A stretch of DNA of 64,000 bases from a virus: positions 32,001-96,000 of the IMG/VR virus record IMGVR_UViG_3300029374_000001. One strand, written 5' to 3'. The notes below the pieces were generated by a model. That model was not told the origin of the DNA. It saw only the letters and a program-made list of their open reading frames with translations, and did not search any database. Position 1 is the first letter of the stretch; every line of letters starts with the position of its first letter. This document shows positions 10,178 through 20,364 of the stretch, piece by piece. The translations under genes were made by a program, and so were the position numbers.

Positions 10178-11446
10178 TTAGTTCTTAGCCATAGCTGCCT
10201 TATTTACATCCTGAGCCAGATCAAACATCTTTTCTTCTTCTCTTCCAACATTCAGGGAATCCTGAGAATTAAACGAGCCAGAAGGTTCATCTACATTCTT
10301 ATCCATTCCTTTCAGGAATCCTTTAGAACGTTCAGTTTCTGCATTGATATCAGAGCCTTCAAAATCATTAAACATTTCTACATCGTCCAGATCATCAGTA
10401 CCCATAGCATCAAACAGATCTTCTACCGCTCCATCAGAAGACATATCTTTACCTTTAACGTCTTCATTGGATACTTCCACACTATCTTCCAGTTCTTCAA
10501 AAGTTTCTTCCAAGCTGGCATTCAAATCTTCATCTTCAAACATATTTAAGTCTCCTTCTTCATGGGATTCAATTATTCCGGGTCTAGTTCCATCTGTTAA
10601 AGGAACAACAGGCCCTGCAGGCTCATTAGCCGGTGCATTGCTGCTGGTCAGATCGACCGTAGTATGTTTTTCTGGTGTATTATCAAACATATCGGGTTCT
10701 ACATCATCCAGATCAGTATCATCGTCGATGTCATCTTCAATATCGATATTGGGAGGAAGAACGGCATCATCATTATGATCTAAGCTGGCACCCTGTTTAG
10801 GATCAGCATCAGTCAAAATAGACCCAGGCACGTTATCTGTACCGGTATCATTATCTTCTGTCGGATTCATTTTAAATATAGGAGCATCCGATTTTACACC
10901 ATCATCTCCTAAGATTTCTCCATCCGTATCTACATCTTTGTCTACCAATTCTGTAGTATGGGGAGCTGTATGAGGAACATGAGCATCTCCACATTCACAA
11001 GGAGCATGATGACAGAATTCACATACTTTACCAGTATTTTCATCATTCAAAGAAAACGGAATATCTCCTACATCTTCATTAATTACTTTATCTACGTAAT
11101 CATAAATAGAAGCCCCTTCTTTGAGATCTTTAATATCATCTTTAGTTACAAGAGCATTGGCACTAACATCCTGCTCCAATTCTTGAATCTCTTTATCCTG
11201 TTCTGCTTCTCTGGCATCTACATCTACTGGGTCATAATCTCCCGGTTCTTTGCCAGCATCAATATCTTCAATATCTTTATCAGAAATCAGAACGTTATCT
11301 GTAATTCCAATAACAGCATCAAGAGCCTGATCATCTACTTCAGTAGAAGCTTCAAAGTCTACATCAGCATCTTCTTCGGCTGATTTATCTAAGACTACAT
11401 CGATAGCATCTTGTGCAGCTTCCATAATAGAATCAAAATCTACCAT
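10178..11446 (-). CDS. extremely acidic (D/E-rich) 422-aa protein with a Cys/His cluster 'CEFCHHAPCECGDAHVPHTAPH'. Scaffold-like or internal head protein candidate
   Basis: composition: long runs of D/E and few hydrophobic cores; single metal-binding-like cluster. Confidence 0.5.
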   Translation of the reverse strand: MVDFDSIMEAAQDAIDVVLDKSAEEDADVDFEASTEVDDQALDAVIGITDNVLISDKDIEDIDAGKEPGDYDPVDVDAREAEQDKEIQELEQDVSANALVTKDDIKDLKEGASIYDYVDKVINEDVGDIPFSLNDENTGKVCEFCHHAPCECGDAHVPHTAPHTTELVDKDVDTDGEILGDDGVKSDAPIFKMNPTEDNDTGTDNVPGSILTDADPKQGASLDHNDDAVLPPNIDIEDDIDDDTDLDDVEPDMFDNTPEKHTTVDLTSSNAPANEPAGPVVPLTDGTRPGIIESHEEGDLNMFEDEDLNASLEETFEELEDSVEVSNEDVKGKDMSSDGAVEDLFDAMGTDDLDDVEMFNDFEGSDINAETERSKGFLKGMDKNVDEPSGSFNSQDSLNVGREEEKMFDLAQDVNKAAMAKN

Positions 11447-11467
11447 TATATTATAATCCTCCTTCGA

Positions 11468-11668
11468 TTAATCTCCCAATTTTTCAAGTAAAACGGGATC
11501 TGTTATTTCTGTAGGAAATAAATTATCTAATTGTTCTTCCAAATAAGAACCATTATAAATATCTTCGTCTATAGCGAGATCTTCCACCATGGACACAGAT
11601 ATTTCAACATGATCTTCTTCATTCATGGTTTCATTAATGAGATCGACAAAACCATCCTTTAGATCCAT
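11468..11668 (-). CDS. small acidic protein (66 aa)
   Basis: ORF with upstream RBS; acidic. Confidence 0.35.
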   Translation of the reverse strand: MDLKDGFVDLINETMNEEDHVEISVSMVEDLAIDEDIYNGSYLEEQLDNLFPTEITDPVLLEKLGD

Positions 11669-11729
11669 CTCTCTATCTCCTTTCTATAGTCAAATAGATT
11701 TAATTATATGTTTATAATAAGCATTTTAA

Positions 11730-13250
11730 TTAGTCGGAAGGCTTATCTGTACAAGTTAAGCACCCTTTAGGACAGGAACGGAGAGATAAATTACCAGGAG
11801 ACCCATTAGATTTCTGAGATGATGGATCTTCCATAGAATTATTTGATGATGATGTACTAGGAAGATTGTTGATTGTCTGCTGTAGAATATAGATCAGCAT
11901 AGGAATTGCATAATATAATTCTTTACAAGGTTTGAAATCAATATTATTGATATCTGCAATCATTGTATATGTAATAGGCAATCCGGCAAAGTAATTATAA
12001 ATAATCTTATAGTACTTCTTATAATTAGGAAGCTTAGCCAATATATCTTGACAAGAGCATCCACATGGACAAGAAGAACTCTTAGGATCTTCGTTAGAAT
12101 ACCCTGGTAAGAGATTAATCATATCTGTATCAAATAACGGAATCTTCTCTAATAATGGAGAACCAAATGGAGATCCATCATCATCTCTATATGTAATCAT
12201 ATAGTATGGTTCAATACGATGTGTTAAGAGAGACATTGGATCTTGTACCAACATACCATAGCCATCATAATAACAAACTGTTGTATTGAGCGGATCTTCT
12301 AATAATCTAAAGATTGTTTTATTATAATCAATATGTAAATACATCGGCGGTAATGCTGGCTGAGATACATGGATATAGGGTACTCTGGATACTGAGAAGA
12401 TCTTATGTCTAATTAAGAACTCTATCAAGTACGGATCATAGAAAAAATAATCCCAGAATCCATATTTAAATACAAATGTCTGTGTAGATTGCTGGAAGAA
12501 CAATTCCACATAGGCTTGTTTCAACATCTCTATCAATTGGTTATACGAATTCATTAGGTTAAATGTATTCATATCAACCAATACATTATTATTGGATCCT
12601 GAAGAGGATGTATTCGGACCTGTACCAGATTTACCAATATTATCTGCCATATATTGGTATTCGTTGATTACTTGCGGATTGATATTTTCCCCAATAGATT
12701 CTAACTTATAAGAGATCTTATAAAAATTAGAACCATTTGGGAATGTATCTATATTGACAGAAGTAACGCGGAAGAGTACTTCTCTTCCAGATTTATTGAT
12801 ATAATCAATAGAGAAATAAGAATGCTGATAAGGAATAAATGTATTCGGAGGTAAATAAGCTTCTCCTTCTATTGGATCGGCTTCTGCGCCCCATTCTCCC
12901 ATATCAATGGATAATTCCATATTCTGAATGCCATAGAGAATAACTCCATTGATTTTATCAAATCTAAATCCGGATGCTGGTCCTATGAAATTATATGCAT
13001 TATCAATTACTTCATCTAATGTGGTATGTTCTTTATTGATATTATAGAACGTAACCTTAGTCATAGATAAATTATTGAAAAAATAAAACGGGTTATCTGT
13101 AATACGATTAATACTGGAATTGGTAAGAGACTCTACAATATTTGTTCTCTGATTCCCATTATTGGAAATAGAAGTTGCTGCAATGGTAGAGTTGTTTGTT
13201 ATTCTTGGTTGCGAGGGGTTAAGAATAGTTTGTTTGCTAAAAGAACCCAT
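11730..13250 (-). CDS. hypothetical protein (506 aa), probable virion structural protein
   Basis: long ORF; N/S/T-rich N-terminus; Cys clusters 'CPCGCSC' and 'CPKGCLTC'. Confidence 0.45.
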   Translation of the reverse strand: MGSFSKQTILNPSQPRITNNSTIAATSISNNGNQRTNIVESLTNSSINRITDNPFYFFNNLSMTKVTFYNINKEHTTLDEVIDNAYNFIGPASGFRFDKINGVILYGIQNMELSIDMGEWGAEADPIEGEAYLPPNTFIPYQHSYFSIDYINKSGREVLFRVTSVNIDTFPNGSNFYKISYKLESIGENINPQVINEYQYMADNIGKSGTGPNTSSSGSNNNVLVDMNTFNLMNSYNQLIEMLKQAYVELFFQQSTQTFVFKYGFWDYFFYDPYLIEFLIRHKIFSVSRVPYIHVSQPALPPMYLHIDYNKTIFRLLEDPLNTTVCYYDGYGMLVQDPMSLLTHRIEPYYMITYRDDDGSPFGSPLLEKIPLFDTDMINLLPGYSNEDPKSSSCPCGCSCQDILAKLPNYKKYYKIIYNYFAGLPITYTMIADINNIDFKPCKELYYAIPMLIYILQQTINNLPSTSSSNNSMEDPSSQKSNGSPGNLSLRSCPKGCLTCTDKPSD

Positions 13251-13301
13251 AGTTATATCACCTTCTTTTCATATTATAAGAATGTTTTACAATATGCTTA
13301 T

Positions 13302-13346
13302 TAGGGAGACAAAAAATAAACTAGAGCTATATAGCTCTAGTTTATT
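13302..13346 (-). terminator. rho-independent terminator AAATAAACTAGAGCTATATAGCTCTAGTTTATT with minus-strand T-run
   Basis: perfect palindrome; A-run on the plus strand upstream gives the minus-strand T-run; downstream of 13354..13989. Confidence 0.55.
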
Positions 13347-13353
13347 ATAATAA

Positions 13354-13989
13354 TTAAGGTTTGTCTTCTGGATGGATTATTTTGATATTTATTGGTTTGG
13401 CATCTTTAAACATTTTCCCATAATCAGGAGGATAGGGGATATAGTTTGCATTTTTTGTAGTATCTATTTTGACTGTATCATTTTCTTCTTCGTCATCGTT
13501 TAGATATTCTTCTCCCCATGTATTTAGTATACAATCACGATATTCCTCATCTGAGTGTTGCCAATCAATATGAAAATCGATAGAACCTTTTTCTTTATAG
13601 ATATGACCAGCATTTTCAGGAATTCCTTCATCGGCAAACCATATTTCAATTTCTCTATCTTGATATTTCTTAAATAGTTCTTTAAAGATAGGAATCGGAA
13701 TATTCCATGCAGTATCAAACTGCATTATATTATCATCGATACGTTCAAAACCACATGAATTCCACTTTGTACCCCAATATGTATTGGACCATACAAACCA
13801 ATCAGTACATCCTGTACTTATAAAGCAATGCATTATATTTGCAAAATAATTTAAAACCATTTTTGTACTCGGAGGATTTTCGTCAAACCTATTTGCTACA
13901 TATTTTTCAACCAAATCATAAATATTGTTATATCGTATTATATCTATAGAAGTGCGACTATTTCGAATTTCTTTATAAATTAAGTCCAT
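13354..13989 (-). CDS. hypothetical protein (211 aa)
   Basis: ORF. A single TAA at 14071..14073 separates it in frame from an upstream 35-codon ORF. Confidence 0.5.
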   Translation of the reverse strand: MDLIYKEIRNSRTSIDIIRYNNIYDLVEKYVANRFDENPPSTKMVLNYFANIMHCFISTGCTDWFVWSNTYWGTKWNSCGFERIDDNIMQFDTAWNIPIPIFKELFKKYQDREIEIWFADEGIPENAGHIYKEKGSIDFHIDWQHSDEEYRDCILNTWGEEYLNDDEEENDTVKIDTTKNANYIPYPPDYGKMFKDAKPINIKIIHPEDKP

Positions 13990-14070
13990 TATATTACTAT
14001 CATTAAAGATTGATGTACTTACTATTTCGGCTTTTCTTTCTTCTGAATCGAAAGGAACATCGATTGCTGT

Positions 14071-14178
14071 TTACTTAATACATTCTGGCATAGGAATGAA
14101 TTCATTAAAATCAAAACATTCTGGATATATCCTCCCGATATCTTTCATAATGATTCTATTACGTACATGATTTGGCAT
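14071..14178 (-). CDS. 35-codon ORF with its own RBS AGGAGA. It is in frame with 13354..13989 through one TAA stop (possible split or readthrough gene)
   Basis: ATG at 14178 seven nt after AGGAGA; stop TAA at 14071-14073; 27 in-frame sense codons then link to the ATG at 13989. Confidence 0.25.
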   Translation of the reverse strand: MPNHVRNRIIMKDIGRIYPECFDFNEFIPMPECIK

Positions 14179-14194
14179 AAAATTTCTCCTGAAG

Positions 14195-15190
14195 TTAAAA
14201 TACATCTAATGACTTATTTGGATAAGAAAAATTGTGAACATTTGAATTTCTTAATAAAATTGCATCTATAAACGAATCATAATTTAGAACGGTTATATTA
14301 AATTCCATATCTTTTGAATAATGTGGTTCTTCTCCAGACGCTTCATCGCATTCTGGTGGAATGAATTTAATAGTAGCGGATCCATCTTCATTTCGTACAA
14401 TTCCAGAACCATTAGTTCCCAACAGAATTTCTTTAAAAATTCTTAATATATACGATTTGTAAATATGGGCGGTTAATTCTGCAATTTCTTTGACTATAGT
14501 AAATTGAATGATATCCATATATTTATGATAATTCGAATAACCTATATTGTACGCCAATATATTATAAACAATTCTCACAAGTTCACTATATGGTGGAAAA
14601 TTTATATAATTAAATCGGCGATCATTATCTGATTTAATTATATCATTCCAATGCACCGGTTGTTCACAAAAGTTTTGATTTAACGCACGAATTACACATG
14701 ATGCAAATCTTATTATGTCGCCTCTTGTACGTGTTACTTTTTGATATACCTGCATGATATGAGAATAATCATATACAAAACACTCATTCTCATATTTCAT
14801 AACACTAGACGGATCTGTTTCTGCTCCTCTTACAGAGTGCAGCACAGTACATAAACATTCTGTTGATTCGATATCATCCGGAAATTCGAGTTTAAGACGC
14901 ATATATCCGGGCTTAAATTCGATATTACGATGTAAGATACAATGATAATGATTTGTCGATGTGTATACATCTATTTCAGAAATTGCAGGTCTATTATATT
15001 TAATAGTACTCTGAGATACCATATATTCGTTAGCATTTGGTTTATCCAATATAATATCGCCCGCAGTTTTGGTACCATTATTATCCTCATAATTCATATG
15101 TAATTTGATTAAGGCCTCATCTTCAATACGAATTCCACCTATTTTTATCAATACCGAAAATAAACTGCCTTCTAATTCAGAAATAATCAT
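14195..15190 (-). CDS. hypothetical protein. The start is corrected from 15229 to the Met at 15190 (MIISELEG...)
   Basis: The 13-codon N-terminal extension in the ORF track is the upstream terminator hairpin plus RBS AAGGAGAG. The corrected start has a good SD. Confidence 0.5.
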   Translation of the reverse strand: MIISELEGSLFSVLIKIGGIRIEDEALIKLHMNYEDNNGTKTAGDIILDKPNANEYMVSQSTIKYNRPAISEIDVYTSTNHYHCILHRNIEFKPGYMRLKLEFPDDIESTECLCTVLHSVRGAETDPSSVMKYENECFVYDYSHIMQVYQKVTRTRGDIIRFASCVIRALNQNFCEQPVHWNDIIKSDNDRRFNYINFPPYSELVRIVYNILAYNIGYSNYHKYMDIIQFTIVKEIAELTAHIYKSYILRIFKEILLGTNGSGIVRNEDGSATIKFIPPECDEASGEEPHYSKDMEFNITVLNYDSFIDAILLRNSNVHNFSYPNKSLDVF

Positions 15191-15206
15191 TTCTATTCTC
15201 TCCTTG

Positions 15207-15249
15207 TATATAAAAATAAAAATCTCCAAGAGTCATATGACTCTTGGAG
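15207..15249 (-). terminator. rho-independent terminator CTCCAAGAGTCATATGACTCTTGGAG plus minus-strand T-run
   Basis: perfect 26-bp palindrome, T-run on the minus strand, downstream of 15338..15766. Confidence 0.55.
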
Positions 15250-15337
15250 GTCTTATATAGCGAAAAATCTTTAGAAATTTCATGTGATATATAGATCAAA
15301 ATCCTGTCTTGGTATATTTTGGTTTTATACGATAATA

Positions 15338-15766
15338 TTAATAGAGACAGGTATATTCTCTACCGTTCTTAGATGTTCTTTTACCAATACGGCAAGTAAA
15401 CGGTTCGTCAATGACTTTACCTTCTAACTGATTTCTAATGGTAGACGAACCAGTATTGACATAGCTGTCTTCTCCATTTCCATCAACAAATTTCAAAGTC
15501 ATATATTCTTTATCATCACCCTGTTTGGACTTACGTATTCTTACTTCTGTTACGGTAATCTCTTGATCAAGAATATCATTCACATAATATTTCTTTCTAT
15601 TTTCTCTTTCTTCTGGACCATCATTCGGTGATCCATCTTTGTTAGCTAATTCTGAAAAAGACTTAGCTTTAACTGATGTTGTATCAGATGTCTCTACTTT
15701 TGTTTCATTTTCAGTTTGTTTGAAGTTGTTGTTTGATCCATTGTTATGAAATCTAAAATCTGCCAT
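15338..15766 (-). CDS. hypothetical protein (142 aa)
   Basis: ORF. Confidence 0.45.
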   Translation of the reverse strand: MADFRFHNNGSNNNFKQTENETKVETSDTTSVKAKSFSELANKDGSPNDGPEERENRKKYYVNDILDQEITVTEVRIRKSKQGDDKEYMTLKFVDGNGEDSYVNTGSSTIRNQLEGKVIDEPFTCRIGKRTSKNGREYTCLY

Positions 15767-15858
15767 TTAGAATTCCATCCTTTCTTTGTGTGTGATAAAT
15801 ATACGTAGACTAAAAATGATTTGATCTAATACATCAGTGTTATAATATATATTGGAAA

Positions 15859-16263
15859 TTATTTTTCCATCATATCCATATCTAATATTTTACCAATAGT
15901 AAATATAGATATAAGAATCCGACGGAATTCAATAGATAACGGTTGTAATGCATCCCATTTTGAATACATATCCAATAATTTATAATAATATTGCTTGAAT
16001 ACAGGAGTATATATAGAAATTTTATCTGAATCCTTACCATATATTTTAAAATAGTTCTTTTTAAGGAATCGTTCCCATATATCCAAAATAATTAAGGACT
16101 CACTTTTATTAATTTGAAGCGTAGTCATTTCATTAGATTCAGATACGGTGGATTCCTCAAGTTTGTTAAGAATTTCTTTAATATTCTCTATTTCATCTTG
16201 AATAATATGCAATTCACTGACTTCAATATGAACGTAGTTATTACCATTCCATTCATCATACAT
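15859..16263 (-). CDS. hypothetical protein (134 aa)
   Basis: ORF. Confidence 0.45.
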   Translation of the reverse strand: MYDEWNGNNYVHIEVSELHIIQDEIENIKEILNKLEESTVSESNEMTTLQINKSESLIILDIWERFLKKNYFKIYGKDSDKISIYTPVFKQYYYKLLDMYSKWDALQPLSIEFRRILISIFTIGKILDMDMMEK

Positions 16264-16447
16264 TTTCTTTTACCTCTTTCTTAGTTTTTGTAATCTTATC
16301 TTGTTCTTCTATATATTCTTGTTCTAATTTATCATATTCTTTTTTGACTTTTGGGTTCTTTAGCATTTCATCTCTAACTTCATCATACTTTTTCATTTTG
16401 GTTTTCCTTTTCAAATTTAACAGTGATTTTATATAGTGGAGTATCAT
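16256..16447 (-). CDS. small K/E-rich protein. Probable start at the internal Met (16396), preceded by AAAGGAAAA
   Basis: ORF overlaps both neighbours; the internal start reduces the overlap. Confidence 0.3.
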   Translation of the reverse strand: MILHYIKSLLNLKRKTKMKKYDEVRDEMLKNPKVKKEYDKLEQEYIEEQDKITKTKKEVKENV

Positions 16448-17144
16448 CTATCGAATATACTAATATAGAATCTTTATCAAAATTAACACGACAAAACGGA
16501 TGCCGATGCAATTGTGAAGTAGATCGATCGGCCATATCTTTGCAAGCTGAAGTCAACCGTTTATAATTGAGATTACGATACTTAAATAAGAATGTATTGG
16601 CCGTAATGATAGATTTATTGCTATAATCAGATATTATCATCTTCGTAGCAGGACTATCTAAGAATGAGTTAGACAACTCTCCAGTCTCTCTATATACAAT
16701 ATTGACATATAGCATAGATGCATATCTAACCATATTATCAATATCATTTATATAAATATTAGCGTTGAAATATTTATGCAAGAGATATTCTATGATGCAC
16801 TTTGCACTCAATTCCATATCTGATTCAAAATCGGTACACAGTGCCAATGTGGGAACTTTTTGCAATACTACACAATAATTTAAAAATAATATATCATCGC
16901 ATATATAATTATATAGATATATAGGAAATTCGTAATATGCTCTACTATATTTATAAATATCACTGTTCCATACTTCCATTAATTCGCTTATGAATGGCAT
17001 AGGCGTCTCATCATTGACCATATCAGGTTTTATAAAATACTTTTTAAACTCATCTAAACTATCGACTTTTTCAAATTTCAAATGCTTTTCGTAAACTGGA
17101 ATAAGCTTCTCATAGCAATCTTGAATGAGTTGATCTTCGTACAT
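16383..17144 (-). CDS. hypothetical protein (253 aa)
   Basis: ORF. Confidence 0.45.
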   Translation of the reverse strand: MYEDQLIQDCYEKLIPVYEKHLKFEKVDSLDEFKKYFIKPDMVNDETPMPFISELMEVWNSDIYKYSRAYYEFPIYLYNYICDDILFLNYCVVLQKVPTLALCTDFESDMELSAKCIIEYLLHKYFNANIYINDIDNMVRYASMLYVNIVYRETGELSNSFLDSPATKMIISDYSNKSIITANTFLFKYRNLNYKRLTSACKDMADRSTSQLHRHPFCRVNFDKDSILVYSIDDTPLYKITVKFEKENQNEKV

Positions 17145-17175
17145 AATATACTCCTCCTTTTATTTTGTTTCCCCT

Positions 17176-17643
17176 TTATAAAGAATCTTTCTTAGCAGAA
17201 ATATTTAAAATACTGCCAATAGCGTATAATTTTGTAACTATATCGGTCATTCCGTTTTCAAACGCAGAACGTTTATCAAAATTTGGAGTTGGTTTATGAT
17301 GAATACGCAACTTTTTACATAAATCAATTAATGTATAAAACTCATTAACAAATGGCGCGGTATAAATAATATAGCGATTTTCTTTTGTTTTAAAATATTC
17401 GTTCTCTGTTATTTCTGTCACAAATCCAGTCATTACTTTTAATGATGTTATCAAACGATTAGATGTCTCTGATTCTAAATACTCAACTTGTAATGATAAG
17501 ATTGTTGTAATATCTTCTATCTTTTTACAAATCATATTCATTTCTTCTGGTGAAATCAGTATATAATTTATATCCACCGAGTATGATTCTTCTGATTTAT
17601 TATCACTTTTTAGCCATCCGATTATTGAATTTATAATTTTCAT
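17176..17643 (-). CDS. hypothetical protein (155 aa), tandem paralog of 17640..18068
   Basis: shared 'N(R/Q)YIIY..PF(V/I)' and 'Y.IG.IL(N/D)I' blocks. Confidence 0.45.
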   Translation of the reverse strand: MKIINSIIGWLKSDNKSEESYSVDINYILISPEEMNMICKKIEDITTILSLQVEYLESETSNRLITSLKVMTGFVTEITENEYFKTKENRYIIYTAPFVNEFYTLIDLCKKLRIHHKPTPNFDKRSAFENGMTDIVTKLYAIGSILNISAKKDSL

Positions 17644-18068
17644 TTGTCCTCCTTTTTAAATTGGTCACACATTGGTATATCTAAAATACATCCAATAATA
17701 TATAAATAACCAATAACGCGTATGATATCGTACTGGAATTCTGCTTTGATCTTAATATCATCAATTGTATAATGATTATAAAATGAACTTTTAAAAGCAT
17801 TTGATAAACGATGATACGATTCGATGAACGGTACTTTATAAATAATATACTGATTATCTTCTGTTCTAAAATCTTGAGAATCAAGAATTATACTCATATA
17901 TCTATTCCATATTTTCAGATACATAACAATATCATTAGATGCTTGAGCAGAAAAATAAGATGAATACCTTGCGGCAATTCTGGTAATGTTATCGATACTA
18001 TTTGAAAGAGATAGTAGTCTTCCTACCCTTTCGGGTGGAATAATAATACTGTTTTCTAAATCACTCAT
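17640..18068 (-). CDS. hypothetical protein (142 aa), tandem paralog of 17176..17643
   Basis: ATGA start/stop overlap with the downstream gene; shared blocks. Confidence 0.45.
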   Translation of the reverse strand: MSDLENSIIIPPERVGRLLSLSNSIDNITRIAARYSSYFSAQASNDIVMYLKIWNRYMSIILDSQDFRTEDNQYIIYKVPFIESYHRLSNAFKSSFYNHYTIDDIKIKAEFQYDIIRVIGYLYIIGCILDIPMCDQFKKEDK

Positions 18069-18095
18069 ACTTATCTTTCCTCCTTTAAAAATAAT

Positions 18096-18587
18096 TTATA
18101 TTTTATTACGTTGTATATTTTCACTCAAATTTCGTAATCTGGCATGTATTAATTCAGAATTCATATTCGATCTTACTGATTTCTGAAATATAATATAAAT
18201 TTCTCTCATAGTAGATGGGAAATCGTCTTCAAAAATATACCCATATTCGTTCATTCGATCTGCATAATAATCTAGTATTTTATCCTTATACATATCATAC
18301 AATTTAGCATATTTCAATATTGCAAATAAGACTCCTATACTAATAATAAATTTATCATACTTATTCATAGTATAATCAAAAGAATAACCGTCATCGCTTA
18401 GTTCTATCGATTCTATAGTATCCATAAACGATTGAATGGTCTCAACATGATCTAACGGTTTTTTATTATCTACTAAATCCAATAAAAAATCCATTTTATG
18501 AACAATAAGATCACCAGTAATGGTCAAGATCGAACGTTTTAATACATAATATCTATACTTCTCGTTAATTAACCACAATAATTTCAT
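18096..18587 (-). CDS. hypothetical protein (163 aa)
   Basis: ORF. Confidence 0.45.
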   Translation of the reverse strand: MKLLWLINEKYRYYVLKRSILTITGDLIVHKMDFLLDLVDNKKPLDHVETIQSFMDTIESIELSDDGYSFDYTMNKYDKFIISIGVLFAILKYAKLYDMYKDKILDYYADRMNEYGYIFEDDFPSTMREIYIIFQKSVRSNMNSELIHARLRNLSENIQRNKI

Positions 18588-18670
18588 AATATCTTCTCCT
18601 TTTGTAAAATATAAATGAACTTCTCATACTTATAATATATAATTAAAAAAAAATAAAAGTCAATAGAATA

Positions 18671-18696
18671 TCCCATAGAGCCTATGCTCTATGGGA
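18671..18696. terminator. hairpin TCCCATAGAGCCTATGCTCTATGGGA
   Basis: perfect palindrome of the CCATAGA family. Confidence 0.5.
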
Positions 18697-18703
18697 GTTC
18701 GTA

Positions 18704-19114
18704 TTATTTCTTAAGTAAGTAAATAACTTTATCTGTAAGTTTGCTCATATAGCATACTCCAGTTCTATCTTTATCTTCTACATCTCCTAAACGAATATAT
18801 CCAATCTGATTACCTAATATAACTTTAGCTTTTAAGCCTGTTTTAACACTAGGCAGTATAGATATATTGAAGGGTGCTGTAAATTTGCTCTTAGGGAAAT
18901 GTATAGATCCCAAAGACTCAGTTTTAGGTAACTTTAGATCATCTAATTCTGATAAAAGTTTCTTATACTTATTTTTAAGCTCTACATAATCTTGTAAAAG
19001 ACTATCATACTTTAATCCTTTAGATTCTGCAATAGATCTTGAATTCATAAAAGTATTAAACTCTTTCTGAGTATATCCACCCAATATAGAGATAATCCAA
19101 TTTAAAATAAACAT
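18704..19114 (-). CDS. hypothetical protein with N-terminal TM/signal anchor (136 aa)
   Basis: hydrophobic N-terminus 'FILNWIISILGG'. Confidence 0.45.
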   Translation of the reverse strand: MFILNWIISILGGYTQKEFNTFMNSRSIAESKGLKYDSLLQDYVELKNKYKKLLSELDDLKLPKTESLGSIHFPKSKFTAPFNISILPSVKTGLKAKVILGNQIGYIRLGDVEDKDRTGVCYMSKLTDKVIYLLKK

Positions 19115-19144
19115 TGATAAACTTTCCTTTCTATAAATATGTAA

Positions 19145-20251
19145 TTATACACCTATAGCCAACCAAGAGAAACCAGAGAACCAGGGATCTGAATTTGCAG
19201 CTGGTATTTGTTTAAATACATTAAATCCATTTGTATTTAAATCCCATATTTGAAGTACATTATCATGAAGATTTGCATTCTCATTATTATTTTGGGTATC
19301 GTGGTTTAAGTCTTGTAAATACACATTAAAACATACGCTATTAAATTGTTTGGGAAAAGTAAACCACTGAGATATACCTTCATTACCATTACCTCCCAAA
19401 TTATCTCTACCCCATTGGAATAATAATCCGCTAGGCAATCTCTGATATCCTCTCTCGGCTAAACTGCAATCTGTAAATCCAGAAGCCGCAATTTCGCTCT
19501 TTAAGACATAATCTATTTGAGCAGGATCGCTAGCAAATACTGGAATCCACGTATCTACTGCATTATGCTGACCCCTCCAATTAAAATTAGTCCATTCTGT
19601 CTGGTTTTGTATCTTATCCCAATAGCTCCAACCATCATGTTGGTTGTCTAGCCTGCGATGATAAATGTTATTATCACCAATACAAATGAACTGATCTTTT
19701 TGACCTGTTTCTCCTGTTACGCCTTCTGTTCCCGTTTGCCAACCCGTCCAGTCTTGTCCTGTTTCTTTTATATCTAGAATATCAAAGTCACCATAAAAAT
19801 GAACGTTATCTTCTAGTGTATTAAGCTCATTCATATTATTAATTTTTCTTAAGATTAATCTACTAGCCGCAACACTAGTATCCGCAGATATACTATTAGC
19901 AATTTTATTGATCGTATTCTGCGTTCCGTTAGCTTTAGTGACAGTAATAACACCATTTCCATCTCCGGCGACTGTCTTAACTAAATTCTGTGTAGCTGTA
20001 GCAATAGCTTGTGGTAGTTGTGTTTGTAAATCAGTAATCCCTTTCATAGCATAATATAATTGAGGTTTGGGTACATATCCATTATTGTCTAAGGACGCTA
20101 ACCCGTTGGGTTTGCCTCTATACTCATTTAATTCGTTTTTATAAGATTCTCTCCAATCTACAATATTCTTAGTATCAGTTTGATAATGAACAATTTCTTC
20201 TTTGCTACCATTGGTAACAGTCATAATCATACTTCTCCAATTATCAGGCAT
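19145..20251 (-). CDS. hypothetical virion protein (368 aa), tail-fibre or receptor-binding candidate (Gly/Trp-rich C-terminal half)
   Basis: ORF in the tail-fibre block; 'GDGNGVITVTKANGTQNTINKIANSISADTS' fibre-like segment. Confidence 0.4.
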   Translation of the reverse strand: MPDNWRSMIMTVTNGSKEEIVHYQTDTKNIVDWRESYKNELNEYRGKPNGLASLDNNGYVPKPQLYYAMKGITDLQTQLPQAIATATQNLVKTVAGDGNGVITVTKANGTQNTINKIANSISADTSVAASRLILRKINNMNELNTLEDNVHFYGDFDILDIKETGQDWTGWQTGTEGVTGETGQKDQFICIGDNNIYHRRLDNQHDGWSYWDKIQNQTEWTNFNWRGQHNAVDTWIPVFASDPAQIDYVLKSEIAASGFTDCSLAERGYQRLPSGLLFQWGRDNLGGNGNEGISQWFTFPKQFNSVCFNVYLQDLNHDTQNNNENANLHDNVLQIWDLNTNGFNVFKQIPAANSDPWFSGFSWLAIGV

Positions 20252-20364
20252 ATTGTTAAACCTTCTTTCTATATATTCTATTTAGATAATTTTCCAGATT
20301 ATTAGAATGTTAAACTCACAAAAGTATATGGGTAGTCTATATAGACTACCCAGTTTATCATAGA

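Noticed and set aside
14195-15229. Start of ORF at 15229 (MEIFIFIYKERIEM...)
   Set aside because: The first 13 codons are the terminator hairpin/T-run and SD of the real start at 15190.
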